Assembly (NCBI GenBank): GCA_030604635.1
Contig: JAUVVL010000001.1
Span: forward strand, 1 to 60,204
Length of the DNA stretch: 60,204 bases
From: Desulfobacteraceae bacterium
Lineage (GTDB): Bacteria > Desulfobacterota > Desulfobacteria > Desulfobacterales > UBA11574
Reading direction: 5' to 3'
The notes beneath the pieces were generated by a model. The model ran no database searches. It was not told the origin of the DNA and saw nothing but the letters and a program-made list of their open reading frames with translations. Position 1 is the first letter of the stretch, and the number at the start of each line of letters is the position of its first letter. This document shows, in pieces, positions 28,854 through 38,685 of this stretch. Made by a program: the position numbers and the translations under genes.

Positions 28854-30383
28854 TCATTTCTTAGAATGTTTATCAAACCACTCATCTAGTGACATTTTCT
28901 TGCCTTTGGCGTATTCGACATAGATTTTATCATCTATACATTTAACCGGATACTCGCGCTCGCTTAACTTCTGTCCTTCAAAGCTAACAGAGGGTAAAAA
29001 GGCCTTGTCGCCCGAATCTCTGAAAAATTGAATGAAGTGTTTCTTCTCGTTCTTCTCGGCTGTCATCTTGATACTCTTTATTGCGTAAACCTGGCGCTTG
29101 CCAGTCATTTCACTATGAGACTGCCTTAATGAATAAAACCTACACAACTCCTCGGCTTTCCTCTTGAAAAATACACCTAAATCATGGTGCTCAGCAACCT
29201 CATATCCAATAAAGATGTCGATGTCTTTGCCATTGCTTGATCTGTCGAATGCTATCGATGCCTCGGCTGTTGTGTCATGGTATTTTCGAGTTAACATTGG
29301 ACGCCCGTACCGAGAGAACTCCTCCAATTGGTCTGCAATGATGAGAATGTCGGCAAGGCTATTTAGAGATTCCAAATGGGTGAAATCGAACTCGTGTTGT
29401 GCGATTGCAAAAAGAATGTCGCCACGTATTATGTTATCTACGGCTTCTTCGTCATCTAAACCCCACTCCTCAGCCGCGCCTCGCACTGACGTATCCGCAA
29501 AGATACCAAGAATCTTGTAAATCAGGTATGAACTCATGATACCATGTTGTTTTTTTTCAAGTGCCCGGCAAAGCCTCCAATATGTTGAATCATCTCTATA
29601 ACATTTTATCAGCACTTGCTTTGTATCACTGCTGGGTACAATTCTTACATCCATTGCCATCAGTTCGAGGAACTGCGAGGCTATATAATGATGTTCAATG
29701 TCTAAAGTATATCCGATGCGCCTAAATCTTGGGATGTCGAAAAATTCCAGAACCCCTTGCACTTTTTCGTTGAGTTTATCAAGTTTAGCAAGAGAATACC
29801 CCAAATCATGGCATAGCGCCATCAAACACCATATGGCATCTTTCCTATCGTTGACCCCCTTACAGATTTCCTCCTCCCTTTCTCTGGCTTCGGCCAAAAG
29901 GCTACGCACGTCCAAGGATGTCTCACTTTCAATGTCATTGTACAAATACCAGTTGAGACTGTCTTGTTTCTCAGGCAGGTGATCCCTAAGGATATGTTCC
30001 CCTATGAAATATACCCACAACGAGTGAAGCGTATGATCTCTATAATAGGGCTCCAAGCCATACAATATTTCTTCGAAGCTCGTGGCAGCATCGAGGTAGT
30101 TAAATAACTTCGAGTTTCCTTTTGAATCGATGTCAATAGCATTTAAAGCGGAACTTGCCAGTTCCTGCCACAGGCCTCGGCCTTTTTTATGAGCATCCTG
30201 CCAGTCTAAATTTGTGCTCAAATCACCTTTTTTTGAAGCTTTTGAAAAATCAGATATTAAATCGTTTAAAAGTTGTAAAATATTTTGTTGCTCCGGAGTG
30301 TTTTTCTGTAAGAACTGGATCTTATCTTTTTTAACCAAATTTTGATAATTTTTTAGCAGTTCAAGCACATTCAGCTTTTTCAT
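28854..30383 (-). CDS. HD-superfamily phosphohydrolase, distantly dGTPase/SAMHD1-like
   Basis: 509 aa. YRDHTLHSLWV (His), LMALCHDLGY (HD) and ILIIADQLEEF (Asp). Confidence 0.7.
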   Translation of the reverse strand: MKKLNVLELLKNYQNLVKKDKIQFLQKNTPEQQNILQLLNDLISDFSKASKKGDLSTNLDWQDAHKKGRGLWQELASSALNAIDIDSKGNSKLFNYLDAATSFEEILYGLEPYYRDHTLHSLWVYFIGEHILRDHLPEKQDSLNWYLYNDIESETSLDVRSLLAEAREREEEICKGVNDRKDAIWCLMALCHDLGYSLAKLDKLNEKVQGVLEFFDIPRFRRIGYTLDIEHHYIASQFLELMAMDVRIVPSSDTKQVLIKCYRDDSTYWRLCRALEKKQHGIMSSYLIYKILGIFADTSVRGAAEEWGLDDEEAVDNIIRGDILFAIAQHEFDFTHLESLNSLADILIIADQLEEFSRYGRPMLTRKYHDTTAEASIAFDRSSNGKDIDIFIGYEVAEHHDLGVFFKRKAEELCRFYSLRQSHSEMTGKRQVYAIKSIKMTAEKNEKKHFIQFFRDSGDKAFLPSVSFEGQKLSEREYPVKCIDDKIYVEYAKGKKMSLDEWFDKHSKK

Positions 30384-30397
30384 TTATTCACCTGAAT

Positions 30398-31177
30398 TTA
30401 TGGCAATATAATTTCATTGGCCCAGTCAAGAGCGTCTTTCCAAATAAGATCTAGCGCACGATAATGCAGCTCAAGTAAATCTGACTTGTCTTTTATCCAC
30501 CATTCGCCTTCCAACTTACCACTCGATTGAATCATTCCGTGTTGATTAATCTCAAAGGATATAAGCGGTTTATCCTCAAGTCCATCGCATTTTGATATCC
30601 TTTGGCACCTTTCACAAGTTTTTGGATCTTTCGAATTTGGATAAATACAATCCGAGAAACACAGCGTTCTGCTGGTACCATAGATAATACTTCCCTTAAT
30701 ATTACTCTGTCCATCACGTTCTGATGCCACTACGGTAAAATCAATATAAAATTTCAGACTATTGAAATCGAACTCGATTCGCTCTGGTGCAATAGCTACC
30801 ATGCTTCGTTTTTTCTGTTCACTACTTGGAACGGCCAAAATTAAAATATCAGTTATATCTTGCTCAAATTTTTCATTTTCAGGCGTAAGGTTCAGTGTAA
30901 ATTTCTTGTCATTTGGATTAATTCCCTTTTTTATCTTACCATTTTTATTTATATAGCCTTTTTTCTTTAATTCCTTCCAGATTTCCTCTGATTTTTTATC
31001 GTCTATCCCTTCAATCTTTGAAAAAGCTTGTTTTGGAACAGTCACAATTATATCTTTAAGAATAGTTCGGGCATTATCTAATTGTCCTTTTATTCCTTTT
31101 ACTTTTTTATCGACTGCATCTAATCTGTTTTTTGCCTTTTTGCTCTTTCCTGTGGGTTTATATGGATCTTCTGTCAT
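30398..31177 (-). CDS. Hypothetical Lys-rich protein with a C-terminal Cys cluster
   Basis: ATG at 31177 follows GGAAGGGGGG (the track ORF extends to 31258 and overlaps the helicase). CFSDCIYPNSKDPKTCERCQRISKC. Confidence 0.6.
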   Translation of the reverse strand: MTEDPYKPTGKSKKAKNRLDAVDKKVKGIKGQLDNARTILKDIIVTVPKQAFSKIEGIDDKKSEEIWKELKKKGYINKNGKIKKGINPNDKKFTLNLTPENEKFEQDITDILILAVPSSEQKKRSMVAIAPERIEFDFNSLKFYIDFTVVASERDGQSNIKGSIIYGTSRTLCFSDCIYPNSKDPKTCERCQRISKCDGLEDKPLISFEINQHGMIQSSGKLEGEWWIKDKSDLLELHYRALDLIWKDALDWANEIILP

Positions 31178-31230
31178 CGTAGTCCCCCCTTCCATTAATT
31201 GAATCATTTTCTTATTTTGTTCCCGTATCT

Positions 31231-34023
31231 TCAATTCACAGTCTGAACGCCAACGCACTTGTGTCGGACATTGATAACCGCGTCATAGTCTGAACGGATC
31301 TTTGCTTCATGATTCCTAGTGAACATTTTTAGTTTATCCGCATTAAACAATATAGGTTCTAATGATTCAACCTTTTTAAAGTCTTTATGAAGCAGAAAAT
31401 CCAAATCGTCTGGAACTTCTTTTCCATCAATAACAAAACTCTGATACAGCTCTCGTCTGGTTCCATCCTCAAATTCAATCGTAAAAAGATGTCGAGATGT
31501 CAGGCATGGGGCTACACCATCACATTTTATATTCGACAATTCACCGGATACGGATTCGCTCTTATAGAAGTCTAATAAAGCATCTATAAGCGTGTGCCCG
31601 ATCCCGAGTAAATCCACATTTTTTTTGCGGGTAGCGGTTTTCCTGGAAAAGGTAACGTTTTCATATCGAGATGCCACGTCTGAATATTTCCTTAGCGCAG
31701 GAGGAACAACAATTTGAATAATATCTCCAGAGGGGATGAAGCTTCCTCCCAGGCGCAAGATCGCCTTTTCCGTGAATCGTTTCAAATCTTTAAGCGTAAA
31801 CTTCCCTTCTAGCTCTCTGTAGTATTCCAGGTTGAATGTTGATAGGTCCTGTGTAAGCTGCAAGAGGGCTTGGCTGGCATCTTTCGCTGCCTCGATGGCT
31901 TCGGTGATCTCTTGCTCAGTTCTTTCGTAGTCTCGATATAGAAGGGCCTCCCTGTAGAGAGATGTGTAATTTGTGCTTGATCCTAATAATCCGAGTATCT
32001 CCGACCGGAAATCCTCACTTACGTCACCTGTGACAGCATCTACTTTACCAATGGTCGTTGCTATCTCCAAAAGTTTTTCCTCGAGAATTGCGTAAACCTT
32101 TTCTTCTATGGTTCCTTCAGCAACAAGGTGATACGCCTGAACTGTATCGGCTTGGCCGTATCTATGGATTCTACCAATACGCTGTTCAACAGCCATAGGA
32201 TTCCACGGCAGATCATAGTTGAATAGAATTCTACAAATCTGAAGGTTGATTCCCTCGCCTCCTGCAGAGGTGGAGATGAGGAACTGTGCGCCATTCTCAT
32301 CCCAGAAAGATTCACAAGATGCAATTTTATCCTCCAATGGCCCACCTCTTACAATTGCTATCTTCTCAGGATCATAGTATTTACCTATCTCGTCTTGAAG
32401 GAAATAGAGAGTTTCAAGGTATTGGGTAAAAATGATCATCTTTTCATTCTTATGTTCCCTTCTGATTTGTTCAATAGCTCGAATTAATGTGTCAAATTTC
32501 CGGTCAGGTCCTTCGTCCACAAGGTCTATAAGTTCTTTTATTTTTTCCTCCTCATCAGGGATATTGGCCGCGGCTTCAATGATTCCTTCTCCCGATTCCA
32601 TAGCATCCAGAGCCCAATGGGTGACTTCTTCCTTAAACCGGGGCCTTTTCATAAGACGCTGTTTTAGTCTTGTGATATATGAATCAGCTTCCGTATAGTC
32701 AATGATAGACTCTCGATAGGACAGTAACTCAGCAACTATTCTCCGCATCTCTTCCTGATAATTAATGATTTTAGATGAGATTTCCGGCCTGGTTATCGCG
32801 CCATATGCACCACTTTCGAGAGACATCTGTTTGCGGGCGTAAAGTGCAATCAGGCGCCGCCTCAATGCCTGTTTGATGGCCCTTGGACTGGAGGACATAA
32901 TCTTCTGAAAAGTAGCCATCACAAAGCCCACTGCGCGCTGTTGTTTAGTGGTTTTGTCTTTTCCTGCGCCGGCAGCATCGTAACCTTCTTTAAGATATTC
33001 GGTAAGTCTATCGTAAAATCTCTGCTCACGCATGGAGAGTTGAAATTTTTGGGTGTGCACCTGTCTCCGCATGAAAATCGGATCGCCCTGGGCATCTGTA
33101 ACTTCCTTTTTTGTACGCCGAAACATTACCCTGCCCAGGAGACCTCTGTGATCCATCATCGCCTCTGGTTCTTCAAAAAGCTGATCATCCAAAAGTTGAA
33201 TCAAGGACCAGAATTGGTAAGCATTCCCCTGGTGAGGAGTAGCTGTCAGAAAAAGGAAATCCCGGGCTTTTCCCTTGATTTTCTCTGCCAGTCGATAATT
33301 CTGGGTGATATCTATTTTTTTGCCGTATCGCTTCCTGCTCAAATGATGGGCTTCATCAAAAACAATCAAGTCCCAGTCCGGACCTTTCATCATTTTTTCC
33401 AAACGTTGTGGTTTTTTGATCGTGTCTATGGAAACAATTACTAAACTGTGTCGTTCCCACACATGAGGATTGGTATCGGAAAAGTCCCGGCCGAAGATGT
33501 CAAAAAAAATCCTGAAACAATCCTTCATTTCATTCTGCCAGTTAACGGTAAGACCTGCGGGGCAAATGACCAGTATTCTCCTTGCTTCTCCACGTGCTAA
33601 AAGCTCCTTAATAATCATTCCCACTTCAATGGTTTTCCCCAGGCCCACTTCGTCGGCAATCAAGTATTTTCGCCTACGGGAGCTGACAATCTGATGGGTT
33701 AACAGAATCTGGTGAGGAAGGAGGTCTGTTTTACTATTGGAAAGTTCACCCCCGGAATTTTCAAGGGGTAGCTGGTATGCTAATTGTTTCAGAAAAAAGT
33801 CTGTGGGATGATCAGATTCACCGTTTTGATACCGCTGAAAGATATCAGCGACAGGCGTAAGACTACCCTGGGGAAAGGTTTCTAAAAACCGCTTTCCGTC
33901 TTTTTCAAAAACCACGTCAACCTGGTATTCTCCACCTGATGCTTCTGCAACCTGGAGCACCTCGCCGGTACCCAGTTCAGGACGGTATGTGACTCTTACT
34001 TTTGTATCTTTTTTGATTTGCAT
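31231..34023 (-). CDS. SNF2-family helicase/ATPase with an N-terminal Tudor/SH3-like domain
   Basis: 930 aa. LLPHQ, LIADEVGLGKTIEVG, VFDEAHHL, FLTATPHQG, STSAGGEGINLQ, YDLPWNPMAVEQRIGRIHRYGQ. Confidence 0.92.
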   Translation of the reverse strand: MQIKKDTKVRVTYRPELGTGEVLQVAEASGGEYQVDVVFEKDGKRFLETFPQGSLTPVADIFQRYQNGESDHPTDFFLKQLAYQLPLENSGGELSNSKTDLLPHQILLTHQIVSSRRRKYLIADEVGLGKTIEVGMIIKELLARGEARRILVICPAGLTVNWQNEMKDCFRIFFDIFGRDFSDTNPHVWERHSLVIVSIDTIKKPQRLEKMMKGPDWDLIVFDEAHHLSRKRYGKKIDITQNYRLAEKIKGKARDFLFLTATPHQGNAYQFWSLIQLLDDQLFEEPEAMMDHRGLLGRVMFRRTKKEVTDAQGDPIFMRRQVHTQKFQLSMREQRFYDRLTEYLKEGYDAAGAGKDKTTKQQRAVGFVMATFQKIMSSSPRAIKQALRRRLIALYARKQMSLESGAYGAITRPEISSKIINYQEEMRRIVAELLSYRESIIDYTEADSYITRLKQRLMKRPRFKEEVTHWALDAMESGEGIIEAAANIPDEEEKIKELIDLVDEGPDRKFDTLIRAIEQIRREHKNEKMIIFTQYLETLYFLQDEIGKYYDPEKIAIVRGGPLEDKIASCESFWDENGAQFLISTSAGGEGINLQICRILFNYDLPWNPMAVEQRIGRIHRYGQADTVQAYHLVAEGTIEEKVYAILEEKLLEIATTIGKVDAVTGDVSEDFRSEILGLLGSSTNYTSLYREALLYRDYERTEQEITEAIEAAKDASQALLQLTQDLSTFNLEYYRELEGKFTLKDLKRFTEKAILRLGGSFIPSGDIIQIVVPPALRKYSDVASRYENVTFSRKTATRKKNVDLLGIGHTLIDALLDFYKSESVSGELSNIKCDGVAPCLTSRHLFTIEFEDGTRRELYQSFVIDGKEVPDDLDFLLHKDFKKVESLEPILFNADKLKMFTRNHEAKIRSDYDAVINVRHKCVGVQTVN

Positions 34024-34056
34024 TTAAGAGATGATATCAGTTCCTATTGCTAAAAT

Positions 34057-34731
34057 TTAACAAAATGAGAAAAACACATGAAACAGAGTTATCGGTTTTC
34101 CGACCGAGGGTCTGTTATGTTTTGAGCGGTAACAATTATCGAGATTCGTTAAGTTATCAACATGTTTCCAGTTGCCATCAAAGCATAGCCAGAGCAACTC
34201 TGTGTTTTTTATAAACGTGTCATGCGCTTTTTTTGCCCAGTATGACGGTGTTTCCGATTGGACGTAACCTAACATCCCTGCCTCATCCTGTTCACGTGCA
34301 TAATTTCCGGAAAGGAACTGCCTCAACCCATCCGGCCCGAGATACTTGTCCATTTTAGCATGAGTTTGAGAAGAGAGCCTTTTGGCTTCGAAAGGGTAGC
34401 GTGGATGCTTGCCGGCGCCTGTACGTTCAAATTCGATGTCCAGCTTAAGGCGTCGTTTTCCTAGCCTCCCAGGAGCATTGATTCTAGGATCGTCATGTAT
34501 TGCATAATAATGAGTCCATGAGGGACTTAAACGATCTTCTATCACATTCCTGATCTCTCTTATGAGTTCACCTGTAATATCTTCTTCCTCGGAATCCTGG
34601 AAATCCGGGGAATCAAGACGTTCATATCCCAGCCTAAGCAATTCAAAGACTTGTCTGCGAAAACTTTTATGATATTCGTGTCGATCATCAGAAGCGCTTG
34701 TGCGTACTTGAAAGCCACTGCTTATAGTCAT
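34057..34731 (-). CDS. PD-(D/E)xK-like putative nuclease
   Basis: 224 aa. IHDDP...LKLDIEFERTGAGKHPRYPFEAKRL (D-x17-E-x-K). Its ATG abuts the MTase stop (TAGATG). Confidence 0.45.
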   Translation of the reverse strand: MTISSGFQVRTSASDDRHEYHKSFRRQVFELLRLGYERLDSPDFQDSEEEDITGELIREIRNVIEDRLSPSWTHYYAIHDDPRINAPGRLGKRRLKLDIEFERTGAGKHPRYPFEAKRLSSQTHAKMDKYLGPDGLRQFLSGNYAREQDEAGMLGYVQSETPSYWAKKAHDTFIKNTELLWLCFDGNWKHVDNLTNLDNCYRSKHNRPSVGKPITLFHVFFSFC

Positions 34732-37700
34732 CTATTTGGTATCTCCGGTCATGGTCAGCTTTTCGGCAATGAATTCATCTGCATCAATGAGAGCCTGACT
34801 CTTAAGCCAGGAAAGTCTTTGCAGCGGTTTTGCAAAGCAAGTAGTGCGGCCTTCAAATAGCTTGAGATTCCGGTTAAAATATATCCACTGCCCCTGTTCC
34901 CTTAAAAGACTCTCTCTGATCCTTTTGAACTCTTTTTTTGTGTCCTGATCTTCAACCCTGACAACACTCACCGGACCAGCAGGCGGTTTTCGGGAATGTT
35001 CTATTTTTGCAATAGCTAAATCATTTGAATAGAAAACCGTAATGCGATGCTGATCTTTTATATCGCCGTTCAGAAAACTATCAAGTTCCGCTTTTAATAC
35101 ATTTGCGTATGCGCGCATTTCTGTTTCATCTGCTGGCATAGTGGCCTCTTTAGCTATCCTGCCTTCGTTCAGGTTTTTACGCACATGGAGCAAATCCTGA
35201 ATCAGCCAGCGTTCGCTCTGATTAATACCCATAAGGGCATAGACTCTTTCGTTTAACTGTTCCAGCAATGGCAAAGCATCAATCATTTCTTTACGCGGGT
35301 CGAATAGCGTATTTTGTGATTCCCTTGAAGTTGCCCGGACGAGTTCATCATGTAAAGATACCCATTCGGAAAGCTCATGGGAAGACAGATCATCAAGTGG
35401 AATTGGAAGATTCTCTATATCGCTATTGTTTGCGCGATCCCGTTCAATTCCCAATATTGGGGATGATAGAAATTGATGATAGATGAAAAAATCAGAGGCG
35501 AAATATAGAGCTAACGCCTTTAATAGGCTATTATCTCCAGGACTTCCAGCAATACCGATTTGTCTGTGCGGAACTACGATAAATTCGTCTGAAAACACAG
35601 CAAACCTTCGCGCCGCATCAACAATAATGTGTGGTGGATAGCATGCTTTTAGCGGTGTTTTCCCGCGCCCCTTTCTTACATAGGCTCTTGAAGCTACTAC
35701 AGGTTTCAACGCCTCTTTGGGAAACGCAAATATTCTACCGCACTTACTCAGCACACTCATATCTAGTTCAAGTTTGCCTTCTATTTCCGCCAAAGGTTCT
35801 ACTGGTTCTTTAGCATATTTTGTGCGAAGAACAATGCCCTGATGTATTATCAGTCGATGTTGGGCTTTGAATTCAGAAAACGATGGATAACGTTTTTGCA
35901 GGCTATTCAAAAGGTGTTTATCCCGCACAGAGCCCCACATAGCGAGCTTCCATGGCAGACTATCTCCCGAGGCTGCATCCATACGAGAAACCTCACGAAT
36001 TTCATCGGCATTGACGATAATGATCCATAGCTTTTTATCTTGCCTGTTATCAACCTGATACCGTGATAATTGATGAACAGCAAATGGGGCAAATGTAACG
36101 ATATGATGAGACGAGCAGTTATTGTCTTCTTGCCGAATAGAGTAAAAAAATGCTGCCGCGGGGCTTGTAGAGCCTTGAAATATAAGATGCCGGAGATTGG
36201 AAAAATTCACAATAGACCAGACGTCCATCCGGTCGAAAAATTGCTGCCTGAATTTTGTTGCATGTGTTTTGAACAATGTAACAGCAGGCAATAACAAGCC
36301 TACCACTCCCTGGCTGGAAAGATGTCGCGTTACTTCCCAGGCAAAGGCTTCGGCTATCTGATTATCGCTGGTTGGAAATTGATCTTTATTTTTCTTAATC
36401 CAATCAAGGGCAGACTTATCGCCTTTCTCTAGTTTATTAGCTTTCAGTTGTTTCCATGGAGGATTGCCAACGATCCAGTCAAAGCTGTTCCCTGGCTTGT
36501 TCTCCTCCCATTCCGAATTCGGCTTGAAAAAGCCGTCCTTACAACAAAAGATGTTCTGATTACGCAAAGCAGGCAGTTTAAATTTTTTATACCCCGGTTT
36601 TTCAAGGTCAGGAGGGCTAACATAATCAAGAAGTGTGAGGATAAGGCTGAGTTCTGTTACTCCGCATGCATCCTCGTCCACGTCCATGCCATAGATGTGG
36701 TTGGTCATTAGATACCGCAATTCGGAAGGTTGAAGCCGTTTTTCAGGATTCTTTGTTTGTTCTCGCTCAACAAGCCTTCTATAGCATTGGACCAGGAATG
36801 CCCCTGAACCGCACGCAGGATCAAAGGCTTTCATGCCCTTTTGGAATGGGCGTTTTGAGTCAAGTTCATCCAGGACAAAATTTACTAAATGAATAGGGGT
36901 GTAATAGGCGCCCTGACTTCTTCCCTTTCCTTCAGCGTGAAGAAACTGCTGATATACAATAGAAAGGGTCTCTATCGGAATATACTCAAAGTTGTATGCC
37001 TTGAAATCCAGATGCATCTGATCGGATTTGGGATCGTCGCCGAGGAAAACAGACGATACTTTTTGGATATGTTCAACTTTAGGGGCAGGCCGACCTTTTC
37101 TTGGAACAGGAAAAACGACTCCATTCAGCCAATCTTCAAGCCTATCGTTAACCGCATAAAAGCCCTCAATAGTCGAGTTGCGACCAAAAACCGATTCTTT
37201 ATCAATCGACCATTGCTCCAGCTTGCGATCTGAAAGGATTTTTCTATCTCTTAAATAATATAGGTATACAAACTTGCCGATAAGAGCGTGAGCCGTGTGT
37301 CGGGGCAATCCATTGCTGCGCAGCCATGTACCAAGGGACCTGAGACTTCCAAGTAATCTCCTGTCAACCCTCTTATTTTGAGGAATCTCTTTCTCCCATC
37401 TCGTCCACAGGTCCCCTTTGTTAATTGAGTCGGATGTAAAATCAGAAAGCTTTTCAAGGACTTCGTTTGTCCTCTTTGCGACTTTAAGAATGGATTGATT
37501 TTTGTCCTCACTCAATCTGGGGTCAAACTTGAAGCCAGGATAAAGACGAATAGTTTTTGGCGTTAGAACAATAAGAAATGGGACGATATTCTGATTCCAA
37601 ACCAGTCTGTGAAATTCTCTTGCCTTTTGCTCCGTGTCTGCCTCACATACATACACCACGGGAATTATAGATTCATGTGAGGGATGATTTCTCTCCGGTG

Positions 37701-37851
37701 TTTTTAATGTATAAACGCCGTGCAAGTCGCATTTTTCACTGGCAAGACGAAATATGTGGGAGTAACCTGGGTGCTCGTAAAGACGCTCACCTGAGAGATA
37801 ATATGGAGAATCAGTATAGTTCAGGCATCTTATAAGGTGATCTATATCCAT
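34732..37851 (-). CDS. Large gamma-class N6-adenine DNA methyltransferase (type IIG/IIL or PglX-like architecture)
   Basis: 1039 aa. GAYYTPIHLVNFVLDEL, FDPACGSGAFLV (motif I), IYGMDVDEDAC and WIVGNPPW (motif IV), with long N- and C-terminal extra domains. Confidence 0.85.
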   Translation of the reverse strand: MDIDHLIRCLNYTDSPYYLSGERLYEHPGYSHIFRLASEKCDLHGVYTLKTPERNHPSHESIIPVVYVCEADTEQKAREFHRLVWNQNIVPFLIVLTPKTIRLYPGFKFDPRLSEDKNQSILKVAKRTNEVLEKLSDFTSDSINKGDLWTRWEKEIPQNKRVDRRLLGSLRSLGTWLRSNGLPRHTAHALIGKFVYLYYLRDRKILSDRKLEQWSIDKESVFGRNSTIEGFYAVNDRLEDWLNGVVFPVPRKGRPAPKVEHIQKVSSVFLGDDPKSDQMHLDFKAYNFEYIPIETLSIVYQQFLHAEGKGRSQGAYYTPIHLVNFVLDELDSKRPFQKGMKAFDPACGSGAFLVQCYRRLVEREQTKNPEKRLQPSELRYLMTNHIYGMDVDEDACGVTELSLILTLLDYVSPPDLEKPGYKKFKLPALRNQNIFCCKDGFFKPNSEWEENKPGNSFDWIVGNPPWKQLKANKLEKGDKSALDWIKKNKDQFPTSDNQIAEAFAWEVTRHLSSQGVVGLLLPAVTLFKTHATKFRQQFFDRMDVWSIVNFSNLRHLIFQGSTSPAAAFFYSIRQEDNNCSSHHIVTFAPFAVHQLSRYQVDNRQDKKLWIIIVNADEIREVSRMDAASGDSLPWKLAMWGSVRDKHLLNSLQKRYPSFSEFKAQHRLIIHQGIVLRTKYAKEPVEPLAEIEGKLELDMSVLSKCGRIFAFPKEALKPVVASRAYVRKGRGKTPLKACYPPHIIVDAARRFAVFSDEFIVVPHRQIGIAGSPGDNSLLKALALYFASDFFIYHQFLSSPILGIERDRANNSDIENLPIPLDDLSSHELSEWVSLHDELVRATSRESQNTLFDPRKEMIDALPLLEQLNERVYALMGINQSERWLIQDLLHVRKNLNEGRIAKEATMPADETEMRAYANVLKAELDSFLNGDIKDQHRITVFYSNDLAIAKIEHSRKPPAGPVSVVRVEDQDTKKEFKRIRESLLREQGQWIYFNRNLKLFEGRTTCFAKPLQRLSWLKSQALIDADEFIAEKLTMTGDTK

Positions 37852-37995
37852 TAAGTGTGCCCTCCGTTCAAGGAAATAGCCTAATCAAAGCTTAAAACTA
37901 AACCTTTATCACATACAATCACTTTTAGTAAACATCCGTTCTGTTTAAGCTCTATGAAGACGGTTAAAGAAGTTTAATATCTCTACGCACTATTG

Positions 37996-38649
37996 TTATC
38001 TAAATTCCCTGCAAACCCATATAACTTTTCCAATAATGCGTACTCTGTTGATATCCTCATTCTCCAAATAAAGAGATTTATATTTAGTATTATCACTAAA
38101 CAAGACGAGTCCTTTCGGATGTTTTTCCACCCTTTTAACCATGATAGTGTCGTCGATTCCCACTGCATAGACAGCACCGGCCAATACATCTTTCTGGGCC
38201 TCATCAATAAGTACGGTATCCCCCTCTCTGAATTCCGGCTCCATGCTGTTGCCGAAAATATCCAGCAAAACCATTTTTTCAGCAGTCCCTTTTCTTGACA
38301 GCCAGTCCATTCTAAAGGAATAATATCCTTCGATTTCAGATCCGACTTCAAAAGAACCGCCGCCTGCACACAGCCTGGCTTTCACCTTGGGGACCTTTTT
38401 GAATTCAGATTCATTTGTACTGAAGGATTTAATGAAAACAGGGCCGATCCCCTCTTCAAGCCAATTGGGATTTAGACCATATTTGCGATAAAGCAGCAAG
38501 ATCCACCTGGCCGGAATTGAGTCCTTTTTACGGGCCTGGGTAATGGCTGACGGGTTGATTCCGAGAGCGGAAGCCAGCTCATTTTGATAGCGAAAGCCCG
38601 TAGCCTCGTAAACCTTATGAATAAAAGCGTCAAATCGAGTAAGGGGCAT
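37996..38649 (-). CDS. LexA/CI-like repressor (XRE HTH + S24 peptidase)
   Basis: 217 aa. QNELASALGINPSAITQARK (HTH), GNSMEPEF (Ser) and IMVKRV (Lys). Confidence 0.88.
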   Translation of the reverse strand: MPLTRFDAFIHKVYEATGFRYQNELASALGINPSAITQARKKDSIPARWILLLYRKYGLNPNWLEEGIGPVFIKSFSTNESEFKKVPKVKARLCAGGGSFEVGSEIEGYYSFRMDWLSRKGTAEKMVLLDIFGNSMEPEFREGDTVLIDEAQKDVLAGAVYAVGIDDTIMVKRVEKHPKGLVLFSDNTKYKSLYLENEDINRVRIIGKVIWVCREFR

Positions 38650-38685
38650 GAGGTTTGATGCATCCGTGTTAAAAAATAAATATAA

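Noticed and set aside
31231-37851. Possible DISARM class 1 system (SNF2 DrmD next to an N6-adenine methylase DrmMI)
   Set aside because: There is no DrmA-like helicase, no DUF1998 (DrmB) and no PLD nuclease (DrmC) anywhere in the window. The methylase also belongs to a cassette that appears to have been inserted in front of the helicase.
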